This document shows positions 41,294 to 50,631 of a stretch of 64,000 nucleotides of DNA, piece by piece. Source of the stretch: Thermoanaerobaculia bacterium. GTDB lineage: Bacteria > Acidobacteriota > Thermoanaerobaculia > Multivoradales > JAIOJS01. The DNA is taken from NCBI GenBank assembly GCA_030429235.1, contig JAUIDB010000001.1, forward strand, positions 75,141-139,140, in the 5' to 3' direction. A model generated the notes under the pieces. It did no database searches. It saw nothing but the letters and a program-made list of their open reading frames with translations, and was not told the DNA's origin. Numbering within the stretch: position 1 is the stretch's first letter; every line of letters starts with the position of its first letter. The position numbers and the translations under genes are program-made.

Positions 41294-42601
41294 CTACGAG
41301 AAGTGCTGGACCATGGTCGCCAGCGTCTGCGCCAGGTCGGGATCTGATTCTCGCTGCTGCGAGATCTTGTCGACCGAGTACATCACCGTCGAGTGGTGCT
41401 TGTCGTTGAACTGACGGCCGATCTCGGGGTACGAGAGCTCCGTCAGTTCCTTGCACAGGTACATCGCCACCTGGCGGGGGAAGGAGATCATGCGGGCGTT
41501 GCTACGGCTCTTGATCTCGCTGACCTTCAAGCCGTAGTGACGGGCCACGAACTTGATGATGTCCGAGGCGGCGACGCGGCGGTGTGCGTCGGGCAAGATG
41601 TCCTTCAGGGTCTCTTGCACCAACTCCAGCGACAGCGGCCGGCCGGTGAGAGCGGCGAAGGCGCAGACGCGATTCAGGATGCCCTCCAACTCCCGCACGT
41701 TGGTTCGCACCTTCTGAGCGAGGAAGAGGGCGACCTCGTCCGGAAGATCCATCTGCTGTCGCTCCGCCTTGCGTCGCAGGATGACGATCTTTGTTTCGAG
41801 ATCGGGGGGTTGGATGTCGGCGATCAAACCCCATTCGAAGCGACTCCGCAGGCGCTCCTCGAGGGCGCGTAGATTGCGGGGTGGGGCGTCGGAGGACAGG
41901 ATGATCTGTCGCTCGGTCTGGTAGAGCGTGTTGAAGGTGTGGAAGAACTCCTCCTGGGTTCTCTCCTTGTTGGCGAGAAACTGAATGTCGTCGATCAACA
42001 GCACGTCGATGGTCCGGTAGCGCTCGCGGAAATCGGGCATGCGATCGAACCGAATCGAGTTGATCAACTCGTTGACGAACTGCTCCGCCGTTAGGTAGAC
42101 GATGCGATACTGCGGGTGTTCCTCGGCTACCTGGTGGGCAATGGCGTGGAGGAGATGGGTCTTGCCCAGGCCGACTCCACCGTAGAGGAAGAGAGGGTTG
42201 TAGCTGTGCGAGGGACTTTCCGCGACCGCCCGGGCCGCGGCGTGGGCAAATTGGTTGGAGTTGCCGACGACGAAGGTATCGAAACGATACCGAGGGTTGA
42301 GTTCGGGTGGGGGTGCGCTGCGGCGCACCGAACGACGGTTCGTCTTCGGAACCGGAAGCGAGAAGAGGACTTGGAATCCTGGCCCCTTGAGATCGGCGAT
42401 CGCTCGGTCGACGGTGGGGCGGTAGCTCTGCTCTAGGGTGTGTAGGAAGGCGTCGTTGGGCGCCTGCAGGACGATCCGATGGTCCTCTTCGGACTCGACC
42501 TTGAGGGGCCGAAACCAGGTAGAGAAGTCCTCGGGATCCAGCTGTCGCTCGAGTTCGCGGCTGAGACTGTTCCAGAGGCTATCGGTCATCGATTCGTCCA
42601 T
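41294..42601 (-). CDS. dnaA: Chromosomal replication initiator protein DnaA
   Basis: ORF 41294..42757. ATG 42601 (MDESMTDSLWNSL) or 42589 is preferred, because the longer form would translate the AT-rich/DnaA-box region. AAA+ motifs are present: LFLYGGVGLGKTHLLHA, LLIDDIQFL, and the C-terminal HTH (FPRQVAMYLCKELT..S.PEIGRQF..KHHSTVMYS). Confidence 0.95.
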   Translation of the reverse strand: MDESMTDSLWNSLSRELERQLDPEDFSTWFRPLKVESEEDHRIVLQAPNDAFLHTLEQSYRPTVDRAIADLKGPGFQVLFSLPVPKTNRRSVRRSAPPPELNPRYRFDTFVVGNSNQFAHAAARAVAESPSHSYNPLFLYGGVGLGKTHLLHAIAHQVAEEHPQYRIVYLTAEQFVNELINSIRFDRMPDFRERYRTIDVLLIDDIQFLANKERTQEEFFHTFNTLYQTERQIILSSDAPPRNLRALEERLRSRFEWGLIADIQPPDLETKIVILRRKAERQQMDLPDEVALFLAQKVRTNVRELEGILNRVCAFAALTGRPLSLELVQETLKDILPDAHRRVAASDIIKFVARHYGLKVSEIKSRSNARMISFPRQVAMYLCKELTELSYPEIGRQFNDKHHSTVMYSVDKISQQRESDPDLAQTLATMVQHFS

Positions 42602-42614
42602 GGAATCCGCAGGT

Positions 42615-42633
42615 TTTCCACATCTTGTGGAAA
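42615..42633. promoter_or_regulatory. Inverted pair of DnaA boxes directly upstream of dnaA
   Basis: The sequence is TTTCCACA-tct-TGTGGAAA. With flanks it reads TTTTCCACA / TGTGGAAAC, one mismatch from the TTATCCACA consensus on each arm. It lies 14-33 nt upstream of the proposed dnaA ATG. Confidence 0.6.
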
Positions 42634-42725
42634 CTCTCTCCGGGGGCGTTGGGCCCCGGGGCTCGCATTGGGATTCCGGGGAGCGAAAGGGATAATAGCA
42701 CACGGAAACCGGGCTGCAAGCGGCA

Positions 42726-42775
42726 GTTAGAGTTTTGTTTAAGCCAATATAAATCAATAGTTTAATACCATAGAG
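42726..42775. other. AT-rich island (candidate DNA-unwinding element / dnaA-mutY divergent promoter region)
   Basis: The sequence gttagagttttgtttaagccaatataaatcaatagtttaataccatagag stands out sharply from the GC-rich background. Confidence 0.5.
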
Positions 42776-42781
42776 ACGCCC

Positions 42782-43849
42782 TTGAAGCGGAGAGCGAACC
42801 CCGCCGCCGATCTCCTACGGTGGTACCGGCGTCAGGCCCGACCGTTGCCGTGGCGAAAGAACCAGAACCCTTGGCGGGTCTGGGTTTCGGAGATCATGCT
42901 GCAACAGACCAGAGTGGCCGTGGTCGAACCCCGTTTCGAGGCCTTCCTGAACAGGTTTCCGACCGTCACGGACCTGGCCGAGGCAACGCAGGACGAGGTT
43001 CTCGCCGCTTGGTCCGGGCTCGGCTACTACCGTCGAGCTCGCAGCCTCCATGCCGCGGCTCGCCGGATCGTCGCGGCCGGGGGCTCGTTTCCGCGCACCG
43101 CGGCGGCCTGGCGTGAGTTGCCGGGGATCGGCTCGTACACCGCGGCGGCGATCGCCAGCATTGCGTTTTCCGAAGTCGTACCGGTAGTCGATGGCAACGT
43201 AGAGCGGGTGGTGACCCGATACCGAGCGGTCGCCGGCGACCCGAAACGGGCCTCGATCCGACGGCAGATCGAGGGGCACGCCGTCCGGCTCCTCGAGCCG
43301 AGCGCTCCGGGGGAGAGCAATCAAGCCTTGATGGAGTTGGGGGCCACGCTGTGTCGCCCTCGACAACCGCTCTGTACCGAGTGTCCGCTGCAATCGACCT
43401 GCGAGGCTCGGCTGGCAGAGAGTGTGGAGCAGTACCCGAACTCGCGTTCGCGGCGCCGGAGCGTCGAGCGGGCGATCACCTGCGTGGTGGTCGAGGACCA
43501 CGAGGGTCGCTGTCTACTCTTCCGGCGCAGTGCTGACGAGGTGCTGCTAGCGGGGAGTTGGGAACTGCCGTGGGTGGGTTCGGTCGATGTACCGATTCTG
43601 GCCCTGGCTGATCGCTACGGGGGCTCTTGGAATCTGGAAGGGGAGGTGGGAGAGGTTCGGCATGCCATCACCTTTCGGCGGTTGCGCGTGACCGTGCGAC
43701 GGGGAAGGGTCGAGACGTCCCCGAAGTTGGCGGGAGACTTCGCCTGGCTCTCGGCGGCGGAGCGAGCCGAGGTCGCTACCTCGTCACTCGTCGACAAGGT
43801 GCTGGCCCTGGCGGCGACCCCGTTGGGAGGAGGGTCGGCGGAGGAGTAA
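42782..43849 (+). CDS. mutY: A/G-specific adenine DNA glycosylase
   Basis: 355 aa, TTG start. LPWRKNQNPWRVWVSEIMLQQTRV, the HhH-GPD motif LPGIGSYTAAAIASIAF..VVPVVDGNVERV, the 4Fe-4S motif CRPRQPLCTECPLQSTC, and a C-terminal NUDIX-like domain are present. Confidence 0.9.
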   Translation: MKRRANPAADLLRWYRRQARPLPWRKNQNPWRVWVSEIMLQQTRVAVVEPRFEAFLNRFPTVTDLAEATQDEVLAAWSGLGYYRRARSLHAAARRIVAAGGSFPRTAAAWRELPGIGSYTAAAIASIAFSEVVPVVDGNVERVVTRYRAVAGDPKRASIRRQIEGHAVRLLEPSAPGESNQALMELGATLCRPRQPLCTECPLQSTCEARLAESVEQYPNSRSRRRSVERAITCVVVEDHEGRCLLFRRSADEVLLAGSWELPWVGSVDVPILALADRYGGSWNLEGEVGEVRHAITFRRLRVTVRRGRVETSPKLAGDFAWLSAAERAEVATSSLVDKVLALAATPLGGGSAEE

Positions 43850-43867
43850 GGCGGCGGAGCTAGGCTC

Positions 43868-44854
43868 TCAGCCGAGGGTTCCGCCCTGGCCCCCCGACAG
43901 GATGAACCAGCCGACGAGTTTGTCGTCGATCTCGCGGAGGCGCTTGGCCAGCAGGGTGCAGAGAATGCGCAGGAGGCGGAGGGAGGAGACCTTGTTGATG
44001 TCGAGAATACCGGTCACGACCTCCTTGGGGATACGCAAGACGACGGCACCCTTGTCGTGCGCCTTGGCCTCGGCCGACCGCGGCAAGTCATCGATCAGAG
44101 CCATCTCTCCGAAGTAGTCACCACGTTCCATGAAGGCGAGGGCCTCTTCGCCCGCCCCCGGAATGTTCTTGGTGATGCGGACCTTGCCGTCCAGCACGAT
44201 GTACATGGAGTCGCCGAGGTCACCCTCCCGGAACAGGACCTCGTTGGGATGGTACTTCTTCTCCTGCGACAGACTGGTCAAGAAGTTGATCTCCATGTTC
44301 GAGAGTTTTTGCTCTTGGAACAGGTCCCGCTTGGTCGCCAGGTCCAACTGGAACGATCCGGTGGGCTCGTCGATGCCGGTCGGTGCACTGTCGCTGGTCG
44401 AGCCGGTTTCGGAGAAGAACCGAGTCAGGCGATGGTTGGTTTTCCGCAGCTTGATCGACAGGTTGCGCCACAGCGCCCAGTAGAGCGCCAACTCGAACTT
44501 CTGGTCCCGGTCGGCCAGCGCGCGGAGGGCCATCGGATTGATCAGGAAGAGTTCGCTTTCCGTCTCGCAGACGGTATCGACCGACCGCACGTCGCCGTCG
44601 AGAAAGCTGACCTCGCCGAAGATCTCTCCCGGCTCCAGGAGAGCGAGCTGGAACACGCCGTAGGGAGTCTCTCGTTCGACGCGAATCCGGCCGGAAACGA
44701 GGACGAAGGCATCGGCCGATCGCTCGCCTTCCTGGATGACCTTGGCCCCGGCCGGAAAGCGCACCTGAGAGATACAGGCCGCCAGGCTCTCGAGTTGTTC
44801 GACGGCAAAGTGGTCGAAGAGCGGAAAGATCGAGAGGGCGTTGACGGCACTCAA
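43868..44854 (-). CDS. Tandem cyclic-nucleotide-binding-domain protein
   Basis: 328 aa. It has two cNMP-binding beta-barrels: VIQEGERSADAFVLVSGRIRV...GEIFGEVSFLDG and LFREGDLGDSMYIVLDGKVRI...GDYFGEMALIDDLPRSAEA. TTG start is uncertain. Confidence 0.8.
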   Translation of the reverse strand: MSAVNALSIFPLFDHFAVEQLESLAACISQVRFPAGAKVIQEGERSADAFVLVSGRIRVERETPYGVFQLALLEPGEIFGEVSFLDGDVRSVDTVCETESELFLINPMALRALADRDQKFELALYWALWRNLSIKLRKTNHRLTRFFSETGSTSDSAPTGIDEPTGSFQLDLATKRDLFQEQKLSNMEINFLTSLSQEKKYHPNEVLFREGDLGDSMYIVLDGKVRITKNIPGAGEEALAFMERGDYFGEMALIDDLPRSAEAKAHDKGAVVLRIPKEVVTGILDINKVSSLRLLRILCTLLAKRLREIDDKLVGWFILSGGQGGTLG

Positions 44855-44957
44855 GACCCGGTCTCCCGGAGGGGCAAGGAAATGGGGCGAAGCAGCATGG
44901 CAAATGACGAGTAGGACTTGGTAGGTCTAGTCTATCTCAGGCCCGAGGTCCACGGGG

Positions 44958-46259
44958 TCACGCCGAGTCGACGAGAACGCGAGCGAGGATCTCGAGTGCC
45001 GCGGCGACCTGGTCGGCGGTGATGGTGTAGGGCGGTAGGAGTTCGAGAACCTCCCCTTGGAGCCCGGAGGGGAGCGTCAACAGGCCCTCGCGCAGGAGTG
45101 CGTGACTGGCCGCCACCGCCGCGCCGGGAGCCCCGAGATCGAGTCCCCAGAGCAGGCCCGTTCCCCGCACCACGATCCGTTCGTGGCGAGCCCCGAGTTC
45201 CTCCAGTCCGGCGGCGAACTCGCGACTTCGGGCCGAGAAAAAGCCAGCCACTTCGCAACTGCACAACAGCTCGACCGCCGACAACGCGGCAGCACAGGCG
45301 ACGGGATGAGCGAGGAAGGTGGCGGTGTGGAGTGCCTCGCCACTGTCCGGCCAGACCTCGAGCAGATCCGCCCGTCCGAGAACCGCGGCCAGGGGGTAGC
45401 CGCCGCTCAGGGCCTTGCCACAGCAGATCAGGTCGGGGACCACCCCGTGACCCGATCCGGCGAAGAAGGGTCCGGTGCGGCCTCCGCCGGTGAGGAGTTC
45501 GTCGAAGACCAAGAGTGTGCCGGTGCGCTGGGTCAGGTGGCGCAGCTCGGCCAGCCAGCCCGGTGGCGGGTGGCGGACACCGCCCCGACCGAGAATCGGT
45601 TCGACGACCACGGCACCGACCGGATCCGGGCCCAGCAGGGTGGCCTCGAGCCGATCGATCTCGGTGCCGTAGGGCAGAAAACGGACGGCGGGATTCAGCT
45701 GCGCTGCGAAGGGCCGTCGAAAGTTCCGCCGGCCGGTGGCGGCCAGCGATCCGAGCGTGGTCCCGTGGTAGCTACCGTCGAAAGCGAGCACCGCACTTCG
45801 GCCGGTGGCTAGACAGGCGGTCTTGAGGGCGATCTCGACGGCATCGGAGCCGGAGATCGCGAAGTAGACTCGACTCTCGGTCCAGGGAGCGAGCGAGCTG
45901 AGGCGCTCGGCGAGTTCGATGCGGCGAACGTGAGCCTGGAGGTCTCCCAGCCCGTGCACGAGGAGCGCGCGTTGGGCATCTACGGCGGCTTCGATCACCG
46001 GATTTCGATGACCGAGGGCGGCGACGCCGAACCCTGAGGTGAGGTCGAGGAAGAGATTACCGTCGACGTCGAGCACGTTGGCGCCCCGAGCGGCCTGCCA
46101 GACGATCGGGCTCGCACCGCCGGCACGAGTATCGATGCCCGAGGCCTCGACCCGGCCGATGCGCTCAACCCACTGCCGCGAGCGGGGTCCGGGCGGAGGG
46201 GTCTTCACCCGGGGTCGGGCGGTACCGGTCAGGACGGGGTCGTGATCGGGGGCTACCAC
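44958..46259 (-). CDS. Class III pyridoxal-phosphate-dependent aminotransferase
   Basis: 433 aa. FAISGSDAVEIALK, VFDELLTGGGRTG and the Lys motif LICCGKALSGGYPLAAVLG are present. Substrate not assignable. Confidence 0.8.
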   Translation of the reverse strand: MVAPDHDPVLTGTARPRVKTPPPGPRSRQWVERIGRVEASGIDTRAGGASPIVWQAARGANVLDVDGNLFLDLTSGFGVAALGHRNPVIEAAVDAQRALLVHGLGDLQAHVRRIELAERLSSLAPWTESRVYFAISGSDAVEIALKTACLATGRSAVLAFDGSYHGTTLGSLAATGRRNFRRPFAAQLNPAVRFLPYGTEIDRLEATLLGPDPVGAVVVEPILGRGGVRHPPPGWLAELRHLTQRTGTLLVFDELLTGGGRTGPFFAGSGHGVVPDLICCGKALSGGYPLAAVLGRADLLEVWPDSGEALHTATFLAHPVACAAALSAVELLCSCEVAGFFSARSREFAAGLEELGARHERIVVRGTGLLWGLDLGAPGAAVAASHALLREGLLTLPSGLQGEVLELLPPYTITADQVAAALEILARVLVDSA

Positions 46260-46281
46260 GAGGAGGGATGGCCACCTGTCA

Positions 46282-46875
46282 TCAGGAGTGCAGGTCGCGG
46301 CGGCCCCGCAGGGAGCGACTCAGGGTGACCTCGTCGGTGTACTCGATGTCCCCACCCACCGGCATGCCGAACGCCAGGCGAGTGACTCGCAGAGACCGCT
46401 CGGCCAACCGGCGGGCGAGGTAGTGGGCCGTGGCCTCTCCTTCGACGTTGGGGTTGGTGGCGAGAATGACCTCCTCGACTCCCTCCAGGCGATCGAAGAG
46501 GGGAGGGATCGCCAACTGGTCGGGCCCGATACCCCGCAGGGGCGAGAGGGCGCCCTGCAGCACATGATAGCGGCCGCTGAACTCGCCGGTGCGTTCGATC
46601 GGATCGATGTTGAAGGGCTGCTCGACCACGCAGAGCAGGTGATCGTCTCGTTCCGGGTCGGTACAGAACGCGCAGGGATCGACGTCGGTGATGGCGCCGC
46701 AGCGACTGCAGTGGAACAGTTTCTGTTTCACTTCGAGGATGGCCGCAGCGAGCGTTTCGGCTTCACTGGGAGGCACCCGCAGCAGATGGTGAGCCAAGCG
46801 GCCGGCAGTCTTGGGGCCAACCCCCGGAAGGCGCCCCAACTCGGTGATCAGTCGCTTCAGCGGGTCGAGGGCCAC
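46282..46875 (-). CDS. recR: Recombination protein RecR
   Basis: 197 aa. LPGVGPKTAGRLAHHLL (HhH), the Cys4 finger CSRCGAITDVDPCAFC, and the Toprim motif VVEQPFNIDPIERTGEFSGRYHVL are present. Confidence 0.92.
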   Translation of the reverse strand: MALDPLKRLITELGRLPGVGPKTAGRLAHHLLRVPPSEAETLAAAILEVKQKLFHCSRCGAITDVDPCAFCTDPERDDHLLCVVEQPFNIDPIERTGEFSGRYHVLQGALSPLRGIGPDQLAIPPLFDRLEGVEEVILATNPNVEGEATAHYLARRLAERSLRVTRLAFGMPVGGDIEYTDEVTLSRSLRGRRDLHS

Positions 46876-46882
46876 GATCGAC

Positions 46883-47185
46883 CTAGAACATTCCGGGGGG
46901 CAGACCCATGCCTCCGGCCATGGCCCCCATCTGTTGTTGCATCGTCTCGTCGACCTTGCGGGTGGCCTCGTTGACGGCAGCCAGGATCAGGTCCTGCAAC
47001 ATCTCCGGATCCTCGGGATCGAGGACATCCGGTTCGATCTTGATGCCGGTCAACACCTTGTGGCCCGACATCGTGACCTGCACCATGCCTCCGCCGGCCG
47101 AGGCCTCGACCTCGAGTTCTTCGAGGTCACGCTGCATCTTGGCCTGCATCTTCTGGGCCTGTTTCATCAGTTTCTGGATATTCAT
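46883..47185 (-). CDS. ybaB: YbaB/EbfC nucleoid-associated protein
   Basis: 100 aa. MNIQKLMKQAQKMQAKMQRDLEELEVEASAGGGMVQVTMSG. Confidence 0.9.
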   Translation of the reverse strand: MNIQKLMKQAQKMQAKMQRDLEELEVEASAGGGMVQVTMSGHKVLTGIKIEPDVLDPEDPEMLQDLILAAVNEATRKVDETMQQQMGAMAGGMGLPPGMF

Positions 47186-47227
47186 AGGGTCTCCTCGGGT
47201 CGACGCTGATGGCGCGAGTGGATTGGG

Positions 47228-48934
47228 TCAGCGGTCTCCCGCCGATTCGGGTGGAGTGGCTTCGATGGCGCCATCGAAGATCTGGAGCACGGCCTGGACC
47301 GTGGGGCTGTCCACCTCGCTGGGGAGTTCTTCTTCCTCCCGTTCCGGGGTTTCGGCGCGTGGGGCAACCTCTCCTTCGTGCACCTCGAACGTCGCTCCCT
47401 CTCCGAGAACCTCGCGCAGGGCCAGTTCCAGCGTGTCTCGGTTGCCGGTGCGATCGAGGGCCTGGCCGAGCCAACCGTCCTCTGGATCCTGCACGACGAT
47501 CAGCCGCTGGCCGTCGAGCCGGAGTTCCTGGGCCTGACCGAGATGGGCCGCCAAAACCTGACGGTCGCGACGAACGCGGTGGAGAAGCTGCTGTACCGGG
47601 TCTGAGTCAGGGGCCGAATCGGGAGCTGGTGCTTCGGTCGGGAGACTGACGACGGGTGGGGGTTCGGCCGCGACTTCCGACGCCGACGCGGTACCCGGGT
47701 CGGGAGCGTCGCGCGCTCCGCGGTCGGAGGCCGTCAGGACGTGGCGGGAGGGAGAGGGTTCCCCGGGGTCGGCGGAGGGTCTCGACGAAGGATCAGGGGG
47801 CGGAGTGGAGGACGGCGTCCGGCCGAAGAGCCCCTCGACCGCTTGCACCTTGGGAAGCTCCGCCGCCCGTAGCAGAGCGATCTCGAGCGCCAGTCCGGGC
47901 GCTTCGCTGCGACGGAGCAGACTCTCGCTCTGCAGGAGGTGGTGGGTCCACCGCAACAGGTCTTCGTAGGAGGACCCAGCCACCAGTTCGGCCAGCCGTT
48001 GAGCTTCTTCGGTGGGCAGTTCGAGGCCGTCGGCCGGCGAGCCCGTGGCGAGGTGCAGCGCGTCCCGTCCGTAGGCCAGAAGACCGGAGTAGATCTGGCG
48101 GGGATCGCGCCCCTCGGCTTCGATCTCGCCCACGGCTCGCTGCAGCGTGGCCGCGTCACCCTCCAGCGTCGCTCGCAGCAGTTGGTGGAAGAGCGCAGGA
48201 TCGAAACCGGCCAGGAGCCGAGCGGCCTCTTCGTCACTGACGGTTCCGGCGCCGTAGGTGGCGAGTTGGTCGAGCAGCGCTACCGCGTCGCGCACACTCC
48301 CGTCGCCAGCCCGCGCCACGAGCTTGACCGCGCTGGGCGAGATCGTGATCGATTCGGCCGCCGCGAGGGTCTCGAGATGGGCAGCGAGGACCGGCCCGGG
48401 AACCCGCCGGAAGTGAAACTCCTGGCAGCGCGAGAGGATGGTGGCCGGGACTGCCTCGATCTCGGTGGTCGCGAAGATGAAGACGAGGTGGTCAGGGGGT
48501 TCCTCGACGATCTTGAGGAGAGCGTCGAAGGCCTGGCGGGAGAGCCGGTGGACCTCGTCGAGGACCACCACCTTGTAGCGATTGTGGGCCGGTCCGTACC
48601 GCAGGGTCTCGGTCAACTCCCGAATCTGTTCGACTTTGGAGTAGGTCGCCGCGTCGACCTCGAGGACATCGAGGTCGGCCCCGGAGGTGATCTCGCTGCA
48701 GGCGCGACACTCGTTGCAGGGGTCAGCCGCGGGTCCGCGTTCGCAGTTGAGCGCCTTGGCCAGAACGCGGGCCGCAGTCGTCTTGCCGACCCCGCGGATT
48801 CCCGCGAATAGATAGGCCTGTGCGATGCGGCCATCGGTGAGTGCATTGCGCAGCGCGGTCACCACCGGCTCCTGGCCGATGAGGCTGCTGAAGTCCTGGG
48901 GTCGCCACTTGCGGGCGAGGGCCTGATACGTCAT
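47228..48934 (-). CDS. dnaX: DNA polymerase III subunits gamma/tau
   Basis: Internal ATG 48934 (MTYQALARKWRPQDFSSLIGQEPVV). YLFAGIRGVGKTTAARVLAKALNC, the zinc module CNECRACSEI, and VVVLDEVHRLS are present. The 77-codon N-terminal extension in the track overlaps the SRP RNA and is rejected. Confidence 0.9.
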   Translation of the reverse strand: MTYQALARKWRPQDFSSLIGQEPVVTALRNALTDGRIAQAYLFAGIRGVGKTTAARVLAKALNCERGPAADPCNECRACSEITSGADLDVLEVDAATYSKVEQIRELTETLRYGPAHNRYKVVVLDEVHRLSRQAFDALLKIVEEPPDHLVFIFATTEIEAVPATILSRCQEFHFRRVPGPVLAAHLETLAAAESITISPSAVKLVARAGDGSVRDAVALLDQLATYGAGTVSDEEAARLLAGFDPALFHQLLRATLEGDAATLQRAVGEIEAEGRDPRQIYSGLLAYGRDALHLATGSPADGLELPTEEAQRLAELVAGSSYEDLLRWTHHLLQSESLLRRSEAPGLALEIALLRAAELPKVQAVEGLFGRTPSSTPPPDPSSRPSADPGEPSPSRHVLTASDRGARDAPDPGTASASEVAAEPPPVVSLPTEAPAPDSAPDSDPVQQLLHRVRRDRQVLAAHLGQAQELRLDGQRLIVVQDPEDGWLGQALDRTGNRDTLELALREVLGEGATFEVHEGEVAPRAETPEREEEELPSEVDSPTVQAVLQIFDGAIEATPPESAGDR

Positions 48935-48962
48935 GGGTCGTGGGCTGGCAACCAAGGCGTCA

Positions 48963-49087
48963 GCCGTCGACGAAGGGTTCCGGCGAATCTGCGGCACCCG
49001 GCGCGTGCTCCTTATCGCTGCTCCCTTCCGGTCCTGACGAGGTTCGGAACCGGCCGGTGCACAGGACCCGAACCCTTCGTCGGCGGC
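48963..49087 (-). ncRNA. ffs: Signal recognition particle RNA (small/4.5S-type)
   Basis: The minus strand reads ...CGUCAGGACCGGAAGGGAGCAGCGAUAAGG... (plus-strand coordinates 49017-49038). This is the conserved SRP domain IV motif with its GGAA tetraloop; compare E. coli GUCAGGUCCGGAAGGAAGCAGC. It is closed by a 17/18-bp helix between GCCGCCGACGAAGGGUUC (49087-49070) and GAACCCUUCGUCGACGGC (48980-48963). The position upstream of dnaX-ybaB-recR matches the scr-dnaX-yaaK-recR synteny known in Bacillus. Exact ends are uncertain. Confidence 0.85.
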
Positions 49088-49221
49088 TGCCGAGGCCCTG
49101 ATCGTACGACGCAGGGGTCGGCTTGTCCACCGGACCGTCGACGCCGGCGTTGCGGAGGTGGCCAAAACTAGTTTAGAATGACGCGCTTCCGCGTCTTGGC
49201 GCGGAGGGGAGGCTTCGGCAA

Positions 49222-49674
49222 GTGGACGATCGAGACTTTATGGACATCGCCCTCACCGAGGCTTCCGAGGCGGCTCGGCTGGGCGAAGTTCCGGTCGGGG
49301 CGTTGGTAGTTCGAGATGGCGAGGTCCTGGGACGAGCCCACAATCGCCGAGAGGTCGATCGCGACCCGTTGGCTCACGCCGAGCTGCTGGCCCTGCGCCA
49401 GGCGGCCCGGGCAGTGGGAGGGTGGCGATTGGTCGGATGCACTCTCTACGTCACTCTGGAGCCGTGCGCGATGTGCGCAGGAGCTCTGGTCAATAGTCGG
49501 ATCGAGCGACTGGTCTTTGGCGCCAGCGACCCGAAGGCGGGTTTTTGCGGTAGCCTAGGGGACTTGGTGCGCGATCCGCGGCTCAATCATCGCCTCGAGG
49601 TGGTGTCCGGAGTCGAGGCGGAGGCGAGTGCCGAACTACTCAAGGAGTTCTTCCGGCGGCTACGACAGCGCTGA
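49222..49674 (+). CDS. tadA: tRNA adenosine(34) deaminase
   Basis: 150 aa, GTG start. The CDA zinc motifs HAELLALR and LEPCAMCAGAL are present. Confidence 0.9.
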   Translation: MDDRDFMDIALTEASEAARLGEVPVGALVVRDGEVLGRAHNRREVDRDPLAHAELLALRQAARAVGGWRLVGCTLYVTLEPCAMCAGALVNSRIERLVFGASDPKAGFCGSLGDLVRDPRLNHRLEVVSGVEAEASAELLKEFFRRLRQR

Positions 49675-49719
49675 GAAGGGCGGCCGGCGCGGGCCGGGGT
49701 TCTTTGGACAACAGAACGT

Positions 49720-49810
<91 letters not shown>

Positions 49811-49850
49811 GAACCGTAAGAATGGGGGAACTCCGGTTCCCCCGAAGTAC

Positions 49851-49941
<91 letters not shown>

Positions 49942-50077
49942 ATCGCAATCGAATAAAAACCCACCAGCTGGGTGGTCGCATCGTTGAGCCCGAGCGAGAT
50001 GCGATCCCAACCAATCGCGGAGGAGATGGTGGCCAGACGGCCGCGGCTCCCCCGCCCAACCGAAGAGGACAGAGATC

Positions 50078-50212
50078 GTGAAGAGGACTTTTCAGCCCAA
50101 GAATCGCCGCCGCAAGCGCACCCATGGCTTCCTGAGCCGCATGAAGACCCGGCAGGGCCGAGCGGTGATCTCCCGCCGTCGCAGCAAGGGCCGCAAGCGC
50201 CTCTCCGTGTGA
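50078..50212 (+). CDS. rpmH: 50S ribosomal protein L34
   Basis: Too short for the ORF track. GTG 50078 translates to [44 protein letters not shown], the canonical L34 sequence. A purine-rich GAAGAGGACAGAG lies upstream. Confidence 0.92.
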   Translation: MKRTFQPKNRRRKRTHGFLSRMKTRQGRAVISRRRSKGRKRLSV

Positions 50213-50631
50213 CTTCCGGTCTCGAGGGTGAGGACCGGCCTGCCGGTACGCCCTCTGCGGTCCGAACCGAGAGGCTGACCCGCCGAGATCGGCTGCGCCA
50301 GCGACGCGACTACCAACGCTGCTATCGACGAGGTCGTCGCAGGTCGGGAGCGCACCTGATTCTCTACGTTGCCGAGAACGGTCTCGGCTCTCCCCGGTTG
50401 GGGACGACGCTGAGTCGAAAGGTCGGAAACTCGGTCGTGCGGCACCGGATCAAACGACGTCTGCGTGAAATCTACCGACGTTCTGAGGTGCGAGCGGTCC
50501 TACCCGCGGTCGACATCGTGGTCCACGTGCGCCCTGGCTGTGGAGAGCTCGACTTTGCTGACCTGCGCCGGGAGTTGGAGTCCCTCCTCGCCGAGGTCTG
50601 CCGCCCCCGGGGCCGGAGCCGGCGGCGATGA
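50209..50631 (+). CDS. rnpA: Ribonuclease P protein component
   Basis: C-terminal part of ORF 49972..50631: [32 protein letters not shown]...[30 protein letters not shown] 50209 overlaps the rpmH stop (GTGA). Start uncertain. Confidence 0.85.
   Translation: MTSGLEGEDRPAGTPSAVRTERLTRRDRLRQRRDYQRCYRRGRRRSGAHLILYVAENGLGSPRLGTTLSRKVGNSVVRHRIKRRLREIYRRSEVRAVLPAVDIVVHVRPGCGELDFADLRRELESLLAEVCRPRGRSRRR

Noticed and set aside
41294-42757. Longest-ORF N-terminal extensions of dnaA, and likewise dnaN 41098, dnaX 49165, M23 peptidase 17647, M20 peptidase 32678, pyrF 58198, parB 55153, cutA 62313 and arsM-like 7649
   Set aside because: The extensions translate intergenic elements (DnaA boxes, AT island, SRP RNA) or overlap the neighbouring gene, and they have Arg/Pro-rich junk composition. 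Internal starts coincide with conserved protein N-termini and RBS-like sequences.
49961-49975. Hairpin CCACC-agctg-GGTGG after the second tRNA-Ser as a terminator
   Set aside because: The stem is only 5 bp. The A/T run (AATAAAAAC) precedes it on the plus strand, so it would form a U-tail only for minus-strand transcription, for which there is no upstream gene.
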